The notes: a model not told the origin generated them from the sequence alone. 64,000 bases of DNA from Chloroflexota bacterium (GCA_023423795.1 JAFAEX010000311.1:18947-82946); one strand, 5' to 3'. Positions 37,036-45,748 are shown, counted from the stretch's first letter. Translations and numbers: made by a program.

Positions 37036-37482
37036 CTAGCGGTTGCGCTTGCCGCGCTTGCCCTTGGACCCCGCCGAGCCGCCGTAACCGTACTCGACGC
37101 AGAACCCGCCCTGGCAGTCGCCGCTGCAGCACTGCGCGCCGTTGCGGCACTGCGCCCCGCTCGGCTTGCACTGGCAGCGCTTTCGGCCGTTCGGCTGCGC
37201 CTGGGAGTAGCGGCTGCAGCACTTCTTGCACGGCTTGCACTTCGGCTTGCCGTTCTTCTTCTTGCCGCACTTGCCGCATCGGCGGCCGTTCGGCACGCAC
37301 CGTTCGTCTTCCGGCCCGTCCCCCTCGCCCTTCTTGCCCTTTTTCTTGGCGTCGGCGGCCTGGAGCCCGGCCACGCCGAGCGCGCTGGCCACCGCGCCAG
37401 AAAGCACCCCGCGAACGACGCCGCGGCGGGAAGCATCGGCCGTCAGTTTCTGGACCAACGCGTCGAACTTCTCCTGGTCCAC
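37036..37482 (-). CDS. Small cationic cysteine-rich secreted protein (twin-arginine leader; C-terminal C6C5CC3C4C knottin-like spacing)
   Basis: I prefer the GTG start at 37480-37482, preceded by AGGAGG (37489-37494) at 6 nt. This gives MDQEKFDALVQKLTADASRRGVVRGVLSGAVASALGVAGLQAADA. The mature part has 14 Cys and is Lys/Arg-rich. The track ORF starts at 37533. Confidence 0.75.
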   Translation of the reverse strand: MDQEKFDALVQKLTADASRRGVVRGVLSGAVASALGVAGLQAADAKKKGKKGEGDGPEDERCVPNGRRCGKCGKKKNGKPKCKPCKKCCSRYSQAQPNGRKRCQCKPSGAQCRNGAQCCSGDCQGGFCVEYGYGGSAGSKGKRGKRNR

Positions 37483-37617
37483 GGCTACCCTCCTGTCGTT
37501 TCGCACGCCCACCGTCGAACGCGCCACGCTCATGCCCGACCGCCATGTCGGGTCCTCAATGAAAGGAAGGTGTGGTCACGACACAGTATCGATCCACCTC
37601 ACCACGCCTTCACAAAG

Positions 37618-37646
37618 AGTTTACGGACGATTCAAGCAGTCGTCAA
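37618..37646 (-). promoter_or_regulatory. Candidate sigma70-type promoter for the Cys-rich gene
   Basis: On the minus strand: TTGACG (37646-37641), a 17-nt spacer, then TAAACT (37623-37618), in a locally AT-richer patch. Confidence 0.45.
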
Positions 37647-38162
37647 CACTGTGGACGCTCTGGTCGCCGATGCAGCCCGGGGATCGGCGCCATGTCGGCT
37701 CGATTTCCGCTTGCCTGTCGTCCCCTGACCGGGGAAGTTCGCGACGCACAAGTGGGAATTCCAGCCGGTGGACACGTCCCGTTGGTCACGGCCGCCGTGG
37801 GCCGCCAGTATCGAGAACCGTTGCCTGATGCGTGCCATCGACCATATGTCCGCTCGCTGTGCCGCCGCGACGGCCAAGGCGAGGCGCGACGGCCGACGCC
37901 CGGCGACGGGTCGGCGAAGCGCCATCTGTTTCGATCGCGGCCCCGGCTCCGCCAGGTGACGCCGCTTCCTGCTCCATTGCCAACGCTTTCCGAAAGGATC
38001 GGACGGCGATTCCCGAGGAACGCCGCCGGTTGCGGCCCGGGCCCGACAGACGGCGGCGAACCGGTACTGTGGGCATGGGCGCTCGCCAACTGGATCGGCC
38101 CGTGTGCCTCCGAGTTCCCGTACCGGCGCCACTGGGTGCGCGCTACGCTGGCAACTTCGTGG

Positions 38163-39782
38163 CTAGCCAAACCTGCCCGGCAGTCGCCCGCCGTGCCCGT
38201 CGCCGGACGACGGCCGCTCGGACGCCTGCACTCCGTCCGGTGGGCGGAGCGTCGCGAGTCGATGCCAATTGAAACGCGTGAGGCCCTGCGCATCGTGCCC
38301 GGGCACCGGCGTTGCTGCGACCGGGGTGGCCAGATCTGACGCTTCCGGCAGCAGCGGGTCGGGCAGCGCGGATTCGAACAGCCAGCGGCCGAAGAACGCG
38401 CCGAGGTCCCGCCCGGCGATCTCCTCGGCGAGGTCCACGAATTCGGCGGTCGTCACCGCGCGGCCGGCGTTGCGGGCGTGCCATTCCTGCAAGAGGCGGA
38501 AGAAGGCGTCGTCGCTGAGTTCGGCCCGCAGCGCGTGCATGGCGAGCGCGCCCCGGTTGTAGATCGCGCCGCTGAAAAGATCGCCGGCGGCCGGGTTGCC
38601 GATGGCGAAGGCGTGGGCCGGATTCGAGCTCGTGCGTTCCAGCGCCGCCGCGAGGTCCGACAGCACACGGTCGCGAGCCGCCGGTCCGCCCGTATGTTCG
38701 GCCCAGAGCGCTTCCGCGTACCGCGCGATTCCCTCGTTCAGCCAGATGTCGGACCACCGCCGGAGCCGGACCGAGTTGCCAAACCAGTGGTGCGCGATCT
38801 CGTGGGCGACGGTGCGCTCTTCCAGCGCGGAGCGTCCGTAAACGACCATCTCCTCGGTTTCGAGTGCCGCGCCGAATCCATCGACGACCACGCCGCCGAT
38901 CCGGTCCGACGGAAACGGACCGAACAAACCGGAGAAGTAGCGCAGCATCTCCGCGGTGTTCGCCACCGCGGCCCATTCCCGCTCGGTCGCGTCCTGCGGG
39001 AAGGCGTAGGTCACGTGGACCGCTCGATCGTCCACGTACTCGTCCCACGTCCTGACATCGAAATCGCCGGCCGCGAACGTCGCCAGGTAGGGAGGGATCT
39101 CGTCGTCGTTCGCGTAGACGAACGTGCTGCGACCCCCCTCGGAGATCTCCGCCACGAGATCGCCGCCGGCCACGACATTGGTCCCCGCCGGGACGGTGAT
39201 GCGCAGCGTGAAGGCCGCGGCGTCCTCGGGGTGGTTGTTCGCCGGAAACCAGTTTTCGGCCCCGCCCGGTTCGCCGGCGATGTACACCGTGCCGTCCGCG
39301 GTGAGCCAACCGCGCTGGTAGCGGTCCGCCACGCCGTTCGATCCCGGATCGCCGCTGTACGACACGGCTACCGTGAACGCCTCGCCGTCCGCGATGGGCG
39401 CCGCCGGGATGATCTCCAGTTCGGCGTCGTCGTGGATCCATTGCGCGAGAACGCCATCGACGGCGACCGATTCGACATCGAGGCCGCGCAGGTCGAGGTT
39501 GAAGCGCGACAGCGAATGGACGGCAACCGCCTCGATCCGGGCTGTCGCTTGCCGGATGACGCCGCGCTCGACATCAACATCGAGCGCCAGGTCGTATCGC
39601 TGGACGTCGTACCCGCCATTGCCGGCCGCGGGGTACAGCGGGTCCCCGATTGACGATGCGCCCGGGCGCGGTGCGCCGGCGGGGACCGCTGGTGCCGGGG
39701 TCTGGCCGGTCGCCAGACTCGGCAAGACGCACGGCACGAGGATGGCGAGCACCACGGCCAGGCCGCGGGCGAGTCGGGGCAT
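38163..39782 (-). CDS. M1 family zinc aminopeptidase, secreted
   Basis: The HEIAHHWFGN-X-WLNEG motif (HEXXH-X18-E) is present. A signal peptide follows ATG 39780-39782 (MPRLARGLAVVLAILVPCVLPSLATG). AGGAGG lies upstream. Confidence 0.9.
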   Translation of the reverse strand: MPRLARGLAVVLAILVPCVLPSLATGQTPAPAVPAGAPRPGASSIGDPLYPAAGNGGYDVQRYDLALDVDVERGVIRQATARIEAVAVHSLSRFNLDLRGLDVESVAVDGVLAQWIHDDAELEIIPAAPIADGEAFTVAVSYSGDPGSNGVADRYQRGWLTADGTVYIAGEPGGAENWFPANNHPEDAAAFTLRITVPAGTNVVAGGDLVAEISEGGRSTFVYANDDEIPPYLATFAAGDFDVRTWDEYVDDRAVHVTYAFPQDATEREWAAVANTAEMLRYFSGLFGPFPSDRIGGVVVDGFGAALETEEMVVYGRSALEERTVAHEIAHHWFGNSVRLRRWSDIWLNEGIARYAEALWAEHTGGPAARDRVLSDLAAALERTSSNPAHAFAIGNPAAGDLFSGAIYNRGALAMHALRAELSDDAFFRLLQEWHARNAGRAVTTAEFVDLAEEIAGRDLGAFFGRWLFESALPDPLLPEASDLATPVAATPVPGHDAQGLTRFNWHRLATLRPPDGVQASERPSSGDGHGGRLPGRFG

Positions 39783-39983
39783 CGGGTCTCCTCCTGCGCG
39801 GAGTGTAGACGGCCCGATGTCCCGGTTGGTTCCGGCGCTCGGGCGCGGTCCTCGTCGGCAGCCGCTTTGCCGCCGGTTGGTCTGCCCGCGAAGCGGCCCA
39901 GCCGCGTGGTTGGAGCGGATGGCGGCATCGGATGCCGGTGATCCCGATTGGCGTGTGTTCGAGAACCACGCCGGTACGTCCCA

Positions 39984-40047
39984 CCCACCACCGTCATCCC
40001 GCCACGCCGCCGTCATTCCTCGACAGGCTCGGGATGACGGTGGTGGG
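39984..40047. repeat. Hairpin repeat, GCTCGGGATGAC family (copy 2 of 3)
   Basis: Arms CCCACCACCGTCATCCC (39984-40000) and GGGATGACGGTGGTGGG (40031-40047). It contains the core CCTCGACAGGCTCGGGATGACGG. Confidence 0.75.
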
Positions 40048-40279
40048 CTCGCGATGACGGTGATGCGCTCTGGATGTGGGTGTCGGGTAGGGGACGCCCG
40101 GGAAAGCGGCGTCCGCCGGGTCGCTTGAGCGGCCTCGGCCTGCGTCACTTGGGCAAGGTCGCGGAATGGAAAGGCGCCGCCCTCGCCGCCCGGTCTGGCT
40201 ACCGGGGTGCGAGGGCGGCGCCACGACGGCCCGGCATGGCCGCCGGGATTCCGCCACGACGTAGGTCAGGTGGCAGCGG

Positions 40280-40582
40280 TTAGGCCGCGAGGCGAGCGGT
40301 TCCGACCGGAATCCACCAGCAGCCTCGCCGCCCGGTGGCGAACCCCACGACGGCTCCTTCGATCCGGTGCCAGCGCACCGCCGGCATGCCGCCCAGCAGG
40401 CTGACCGCGGCCGGCGGCTCGGCCGGTTCCGGCAGCGGTTCCGGATGCCAGTAGGCTTCCAGCCAGTCTTCGAATCCGGTCCCGTCGGCTTCGCCACGCC
40501 AGCGGGCCGCCACCGATTCGGCGTACGACTCGGCGAGGGCGTCCGGCGATACCTCGCCCACCTCCGGGCTGATCGCGGCCAT
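40280..40582 (-). CDS. Hypothetical protein (100 aa)
   Basis: ATG 40580-40582 is preceded by GGAAGGA. The codon usage looks coding. No recognisable family. Confidence 0.45.
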   Translation of the reverse strand: MAAISPEVGEVSPDALAESYAESVAARWRGEADGTGFEDWLEAYWHPEPLPEPAEPPAAVSLLGGMPAVRWHRIEGAVVGFATGRRGCWWIPVGTARLAA

Positions 40583-40869
40583 CGAACCATCCTTCCCTGC
40601 AAACGGCACCGGCGTCCTCCGCGTGCGCGTCGGCCCCGGTGATCCGGACCACATGCGACCGTGACGCCGGGGTCACCAAACGACCCGCTCGGGTACTCCC
40701 CGGCGGGCGGCGAACCCGGTGCCGGGACTCCATCCTGCGTCTGCCAAACGCAGGAATGATGCCAGCAAACAGCCCCGCCAGCCCAACCCCCGGCGGGTGG
40801 AAAATGCAGCCAAGCCGCGGCACCCTGATTGCATTGAGGAGCCGGTGCGTGGGCCGGTCAAGTCCGCTC

Positions 40870-41250
40870 GTGGAGGGCCTTTCGGCGGTGGCGCGAACGA
40901 TCCTGATCGTGGACGACGACCGGGCGGTTGTCGATCTGCTCACCGAAGTATTGACCGAGTACGGCTACGTCGTGCGCGTCGCGTACGACGGCCGGATGGC
41001 GCTCGAAGCGGTCGATCGCCTCGCGACCGACCTGGTCGTCACCGATGTCCGCATGCCGCGCATGGACGGCCTCGATCTCGTGCGTCGATTGCGGCGGCGT
41101 GACGCTCCGATCCCGGTGCTCGTCCTGACGGGCGTGGTGGACGACACGGGGCTCGCCGACGAGGTGCCGGTAATCGCCAAACCGTTCGACGTGGACGATG
41201 TCCTCCGCGCGATCGACCGGCTCATCACCCACGCGCTGAACGCATCCTGA
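40870..41250 (+). CDS. Single-domain response regulator (CheY-like receiver)
   Basis: Receiver sequence: ILIVDDDRAVVDLLTEVL...DLVVTDVRMPRMDGLDLVRRL...VIAKPF. The GTG start is at 40870 or 40888. Confidence 0.85.
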   Translation: MEGLSAVARTILIVDDDRAVVDLLTEVLTEYGYVVRVAYDGRMALEAVDRLATDLVVTDVRMPRMDGLDLVRRLRRRDAPIPVLVLTGVVDDTGLADEVPVIAKPFDVDDVLRAIDRLITHALNAS

Positions 41251-41271
41251 ATCGCGGCCGGTTCCCGTCTG

Positions 41272-41757
41272 TCAGACCAGCCAGGGCCGGTCGCGCGCGA
41301 ACGCCTGGAGTGCCGCTTCCTGTGGTGGGGATTCGATCGCGCCGGGGCAGACCGTGCGCACCGTCGCGATCGCCTCGGCCGCGCTTCGGCCGTCGCGGAT
41401 CAGCCAGGCGGCGAGCACGCTGCCGGTGCGGCCTTGGCCGGCGAGGCAGTGGACGGCGACCGGGATGCCACCCGCCCGCTCCCGGTCGAGGAATCCGAGC
41501 GCCCCCAGGAACTGTTCCACCGACGGCGGATGGAAGTCCGGCACCGGCAGGTGCAAGGAATCGAACCCGGCTTCGGCGAGCGCATCTCCCGGCAGCGCGG
41601 TTTCGGTGAGCGAGAGCAGCGCACCAATTCCGTGCGCCCGGAGCACCGCGAGGTCCGCCGCGATGTTGCCGGGCGAGGGCGCATACCGCCCGGGCCGCGC
41701 GCCGGGTCGGGAACATCCGGCGAGGACGCCCGGTTCGAGCCAGTAGAAACGGATCAT
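41272..41757 (-). CDS. Dual-specificity (Cys-based) protein phosphatase
   Basis: The HCX5R P-loop reads VHCLAGQGRTGS. Confidence 0.85.
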   Translation of the reverse strand: MIRFYWLEPGVLAGCSRPGARPGRYAPSPGNIAADLAVLRAHGIGALLSLTETALPGDALAEAGFDSLHLPVPDFHPPSVEQFLGALGFLDRERAGGIPVAVHCLAGQGRTGSVLAAWLIRDGRSAAEAIATVRTVCPGAIESPPQEAALQAFARDRPWLV

Positions 41758-42015
41758 ACGTTGCCCTTGCCCGCGTCCGTGCGTGTACCTGACCGTATGA
41801 TGCGCCCGACCTGCCGTCGCGCGACACCGCCCGTTTGGCTGGCGCGATGCCCGCCCGGACGGTTGGAACGAACCGAGGGTGAGCCTTGACCCTTCGGTGC
41901 TCGCGCCGACGCGCCGCCGGTGTTGCTCGCTCGCCGTCGCGGCGTGTGCATATCACCGCATGCGGCGTCCGTAAGCGCGCGTCGGGGTGATCGGCAACCG
42001 TGGCCCGAAACGTGC

Positions 42016-42055
42016 GTATCGAACTTGGTACGATCGTATCGAACTTGGTACGATC
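42016..42055 (+). repeat. Perfect 20-bp tandem duplication upstream of dps
   Basis: GTATCGAACTTGGTACGATC occurs twice (42016-42035 and 42036-42055). The junction creates the palindrome TACGATCGTA. It lies 74 nt upstream of the dps ATG. Confidence 0.85.
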
Positions 42056-42128
42056 ATGGTACGGATGAGCGGCGGCATGGGCTAGACGGCCACCTCGCCG
42101 CCGTGCCCCACGACGGAGGTTGTGACGT

Positions 42129-42638
42129 ATGGCACGCGCGAAGCAGGACGGGGCGACGAAGACCTTCGAGACCCACAACGATTTGCCGGAAGAGGTCCGG
42201 CTGGCGTCGATCGTGCTGTGCAACCAGCAGCTCGCCGACACCTTCGACCTCTACAGCCAGGTCAAGCAATCCCACTGGAACGTCAAGGGGCGCGACTTCA
42301 TCCAGCTCCACTTGTTGTTCGACGAGCTCGCCGCGCGCCTGCTCGAGCACGTGGACCTGATCGCCGAGCGCGCCACCGCCCTTGGCGGCAAGGCGATGGG
42401 CACGGCGCGGATGTCGGTCGCCAACACCCGCCTGCCGGAGCTGCCCGACGACATCGACGAGGGCATGGACTACGTTGCCGCGCTGGTCGATCGGTACGGC
42501 AAGTACGGCGCGTCGTCGCGGGAGGCCATCGCCGCCTCCGAGGAAGCAGGCGACGCCGACACCGCCGACCTCTTCACCGAAGTTTCTCGCGCGATCGACA
42601 AGGACCTCTGGTTCCTCGAAGCGCACCTGCAGGGGTAG
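42129..42638 (+). CDS. dps: DNA starvation/stationary-phase protection protein Dps
   Basis: The ferritin-like Dps pattern is LADTFDLYSQVKQSHWNVKGRDFIQLHLLFDE. Confidence 0.93.
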   Translation: MARAKQDGATKTFETHNDLPEEVRLASIVLCNQQLADTFDLYSQVKQSHWNVKGRDFIQLHLLFDELAARLLEHVDLIAERATALGGKAMGTARMSVANTRLPELPDDIDEGMDYVAALVDRYGKYGASSREAIAASEEAGDADTADLFTEVSRAIDKDLWFLEAHLQG

Positions 42639-42669
42639 CACGCACGGTTTCGGATCGCCCGCGGCCTCG

Positions 42670-42695
42670 CCGGTCCCGTCGGAAGACGGGACCGG
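42670..42695 (+). terminator. Intrinsic terminator after dps
   Basis: A perfect 11-bp stem (CCGGTCCCGTC with GACGGGACCGG) and a GGAA loop, followed by a T-containing tail (CCGTTTCCGTTTA). Confidence 0.65.
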
Positions 42696-42997
42696 CGGGG
42701 CCGTTTCCGTTTATCCGTTGTTCGGTGTATCGCCGCGCCGATGGACTCGGCACCCTCGCGTCGGTAAACGACCCGACGGCGGAGCATCTCGGAGCATCTC
42801 CATGTGCGCAACACGGAGGATGCCGGTTGTCGCCGCCGGTGCGGACGCCGCGCTTGTCGTTGCCGCCGCGTTCCCCAAGCGGCTTGCGCGACGCTCGAGG
42901 GGCAGATTCGGCAGCGCCGGTTTCGGGTAGAGGCAGGCGCGGGTATCATCCCGGACCAGTCGCCCGTTCGCCGCCGAACACCCCGGGGGATCGATCC

Positions 42998-44644
42998 ATG
43001 CCCGTTCGCTCGCTCGCGCCCGACCTCGTGATCCTTGGCGCCGCCATCACCACGATGGACGATGCCAACCCGCGCGCCGCCGCCGTCGCGGTGAAGGACG
43101 GCCGATTCGTGGCCGTCGGCAGCGACGACGAGGTCGCGCCGCTGGCCGGCGCCGGCACGACCGTGATCCGGCTTTCCGGAGCGCCCGTCGTGCCGGGCAT
43201 TATCGACGCCCACAACCACCTGCTGTCCACCGGCCGCATGCTGCGCGAGGTCCAGCTCTACGATTGCCGCACCATCGGCGAGATCCAGCAGCGGGTCGCG
43301 GAGCGGGTCGCGCAGACCCCGGCCGGCGCGTGGATCGTCGGCCGGGGTTGGGACGAGAGCCTGCTCGACGAGCGCCGCCACCCGACGCGGCACGATCTCG
43401 ACGCGGTCGCGCCGGACAACCCGGTCGTCATCCACCGGGTCTGGAACAAGCTCGTCTGCAATTCGGCGGCCTTGCGGGAGGCCGGCATCTCCGCCGAAAG
43501 CCCGGACCCGCCGGCCGACGTCCTCTACAGCGGCTCGTTCGAGCGGGACGCCGACGGCGAACCGACCGGGCTGTTCCGCGACCGCGCCAAGGAACTCATC
43601 CTCGACCACGTGCCCGCGCCGTCCGAGGACGACCTCGTGGCCCAGATCGCGGCCGGGTGCGCGGCCTACAACGCCCTCGGGATCACCGCGGTGTGCGAAC
43701 CCGGGCTCTATCCGGACGAGATCCGCGCCTTCCACCGCGCCCACCGCGAAGGCCGCCTCACGGTCCGCACCGACATGCTGCTCGCCGGATGGGGCTTCGG
43801 CAAGCCGGAAACCGAGACGGCATTGCAGGAGCAGTTCGCCGGCACCGGTCTCGCGGGAGGGTTGGGCGACGACTGGCTGCGGCTGGAAGGCGTCAAGATG
43901 ATGCCCGACGGCGGCATGAGCGACCGTACCGCGAAGATGTTCGAGCCGTACCTCGACGAGCCCGGCAACCGCGGGACGTGGACGGTCGAGCCTTCCCGCC
44001 TCGTCGAACTCATCCGTTGGGTGCACGACCTCGGTTGGGCGATGGACATCCATACCTGCGGCGACGAGGCGCAGGAGGTCGTGGTTCGCGCCTACGCCGA
44101 CGCGCAGCGCGCCAACCCGAAACCGTGGCTGCGCCATCGCGTCCACCACGCCTACTTCCCGACCGCGGAAGCGTTGCGCGTGATGGCGGAGTTCCGAATC
44201 CCGGCGGTGGTTTCGTCGCCGTTCCTCACCAACCTCGGCGAGGGCTTCGTCAACAGCGTGGGGCCGGAGCGGGCGTCGCGGGCGATGCCGATGCGGACCT
44301 ACCTCGACGCCGGTGTGCCGCTGGCCGGCTCCTCCGATTCCCCGATCACCGATTTCAACCCGTGGGTCGGGATGGCCGCCGCCGTCAACCGGCGCACGGT
44401 CGCGGGCCGGGATCTCGGCGCGAACGAGGCGCTGACCGCCGAGGAAGCGTTGCGGTCCTACACCACCGGCGGCGCGTTCGTCTCCGGCCGCGAAGGTCGC
44501 ATCGGCCGCATCGCGCCGGGCTTGCTGGCCGACCTCGTCGTGCTCGACCGCGATCCGCTCGCCGTCGCGCCGGAGGACCTCGCCGGCGTGCGGCCGGTCG
44601 CGACCATGGCCGGCGGGGCGTGGGTCTTCGGCGCCGTGGAGTAG
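42998..44644 (+). CDS. Amidohydrolase family protein (Amidohydro_3 / YtcJ-like)
   Basis: The metal-binding motif is PGIIDAHNHL, with a family-typical C-terminus (GSDSPITDFNP...). The start is ATG 42998, in frame within the 840-aa track ORF. Confidence 0.88.
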   Translation: MPVRSLAPDLVILGAAITTMDDANPRAAAVAVKDGRFVAVGSDDEVAPLAGAGTTVIRLSGAPVVPGIIDAHNHLLSTGRMLREVQLYDCRTIGEIQQRVAERVAQTPAGAWIVGRGWDESLLDERRHPTRHDLDAVAPDNPVVIHRVWNKLVCNSAALREAGISAESPDPPADVLYSGSFERDADGEPTGLFRDRAKELILDHVPAPSEDDLVAQIAAGCAAYNALGITAVCEPGLYPDEIRAFHRAHREGRLTVRTDMLLAGWGFGKPETETALQEQFAGTGLAGGLGDDWLRLEGVKMMPDGGMSDRTAKMFEPYLDEPGNRGTWTVEPSRLVELIRWVHDLGWAMDIHTCGDEAQEVVVRAYADAQRANPKPWLRHRVHHAYFPTAEALRVMAEFRIPAVVSSPFLTNLGEGFVNSVGPERASRAMPMRTYLDAGVPLAGSSDSPITDFNPWVGMAAAVNRRTVAGRDLGANEALTAEEALRSYTTGGAFVSGREGRIGRIAPGLLADLVVLDRDPLAVAPEDLAGVRPVATMAGGAWVFGAVE

Positions 44645-44649
44645 GGGGG

Positions 44650-45738
44650 TCAGGCGTCCGCCGGGTCGGTCGCCTTCGTGCGGCGGGTGCGTTTCGGCTT
44701 CGGCGGCGCGACGGGTTCGCCGCCCAGCAAGAGCGATTGCTGGGCGGCGGCCGGAGGTTCGGTCGCGGGCGGCGTCGGTGCGCGGAACGCCTCCTGCGCG
44801 GCAGCGAGCGCGGTCGCCAGTCCGTCGCCGTCGGCGATCTGCTCCGCCAGCAACGGCAGGCCGCCCTCGTTGATGAGCCGCCGGTTGCCTTCGGGAGCGT
44901 CGTCGCCGGCGCGAACGAGCAGGGGCGTCCACCCGCGCCGCAGGGTTTCCCGCGCGCCGGCCAGGGTGCCGCCCTTCTGCGCGTCGCTGGCGACGACCAC
45001 CGCCGCGTCGGCGAGCCCGTAGATCACCTTGTTGCGCGCCATCGCGTTGGCCGGGGTGAATCCGGCGTCGGGTTTGAACGGCGTCAGTAGCACGAGGTTC
45101 CCCTCGGCGATCGCCTGCCTCAGGGCAGCATCGCGCAGCCACTTTTCGAGGCTTTCGGCCAGCACGCCCACCGCGCGCCCGCCGCGATCCAGCGCGCCGA
45201 ACATGGCAACCCGGTCCACCCCGCGCGCGCCGCCGGACACGACCGCCAGCCCGGCCTGCGCCGCCGACCTGCCGACGCGGTCGGCGAACGCCGACCCGGC
45301 GCCATCGACGTCACGGGAACCGACGACGGCGACAGCCGGCGCATCCAGCAAATCGCGCGGCCCGGCGCCGAACAGCACCGGCGGCCGCAGGTTGCCGAGC
45401 CGGCGCAGTCGCGACGGGTACCCTTCGCCGGCGCGGGTGACCGCCCAGATGCCGCGCTGCTCCAGCCGTTCCAGGTCGAACGCGATCGTGCCCGCCCGTT
45501 CGAGCAGGATTGCCAATCGCTCCGGCGATGCGTCGGCCGTAGCCACTGAGGCGAGTTCGTCCGCCGTGCGGCCCAGCAACCACGACGGACGCAGGTTGGC
45601 GTCGTGCAGGCGCGCCGCGAGGTCGTGCCACCCCGCTGGCCCGAGCGGTTCCGCGCCCGACCCGCGGGGCAGACCGAGGTGGCTCGCCACCAGCAGGATC
45701 GCGAGGTCGTCGTCGGACAGCCGGGAGGCAACGGACAC
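44650..45738 (-). CDS. DprA/Smf-like Rossmann-fold protein (candidate PsyrA/ShosA-type antitoxin)
   Basis: The DprA core reads VAVVGSRDVD...GLAVVSGGARGVDRVA...NKVIYGLADAAVVV. An Ala/Pro-rich tail follows. It starts 10 nt after the RecQ-PRTase stop. Confidence 0.85.
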   Translation of the reverse strand: MSVASRLSDDDLAILLVASHLGLPRGSGAEPLGPAGWHDLAARLHDANLRPSWLLGRTADELASVATADASPERLAILLERAGTIAFDLERLEQRGIWAVTRAGEGYPSRLRRLGNLRPPVLFGAGPRDLLDAPAVAVVGSRDVDGAGSAFADRVGRSAAQAGLAVVSGGARGVDRVAMFGALDRGGRAVGVLAESLEKWLRDAALRQAIAEGNLVLLTPFKPDAGFTPANAMARNKVIYGLADAAVVVASDAQKGGTLAGARETLRRGWTPLLVRAGDDAPEGNRRLINEGGLPLLAEQIADGDGLATALAAAQEAFRAPTPPATEPPAAAQQSLLLGGEPVAPPKPKRTRRTKATDPADA

Positions 45739-45748
45739 GCAGGGTCTC

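Noticed and set aside
34383-37436. The 1,017-aa ORF read as a single giant protein.
   Set aside because: Only the C-terminal 618 codons (from ATG 36239) look coding. The upstream 399 codons overlap, in other frames, the well-supported methyltransferase (36236-36967) and Cys-rich (37036-37482) genes, and they are Arg/Ala-rich.
37753-38134. A possible cobalamin riboswitch, based on GGGAA...GGTG at about 37753-37770 and the B12-box-like GCCACTG at 38128-38134 on the plus strand.
   Set aside because: The two elements are about 370 nt apart, other conserved riboswitch segments are missing, and no plus-strand gene follows. It cannot be supported without a covariance-model search.
40074-40283. Small ORFs and GC-rich stem-loops in the 39783-40279 gap considered as an additional gene or ncRNA.
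   Set aside because: The ORFs are Arg/Gly-rich with no start context. The only structured element I can support is the GGGATGAC-family hairpin at 39984-40047.
44650-45738. Annotating this gene simply as housekeeping competence dprA.
   Set aside because: The tight coupling to a RecQ-PRTase fusion, the atypical N-terminus and the atypical tail make the PsyrA/ShosA-like reading at least as likely. I left the gene symbol blank because the question cannot be resolved from the window alone.
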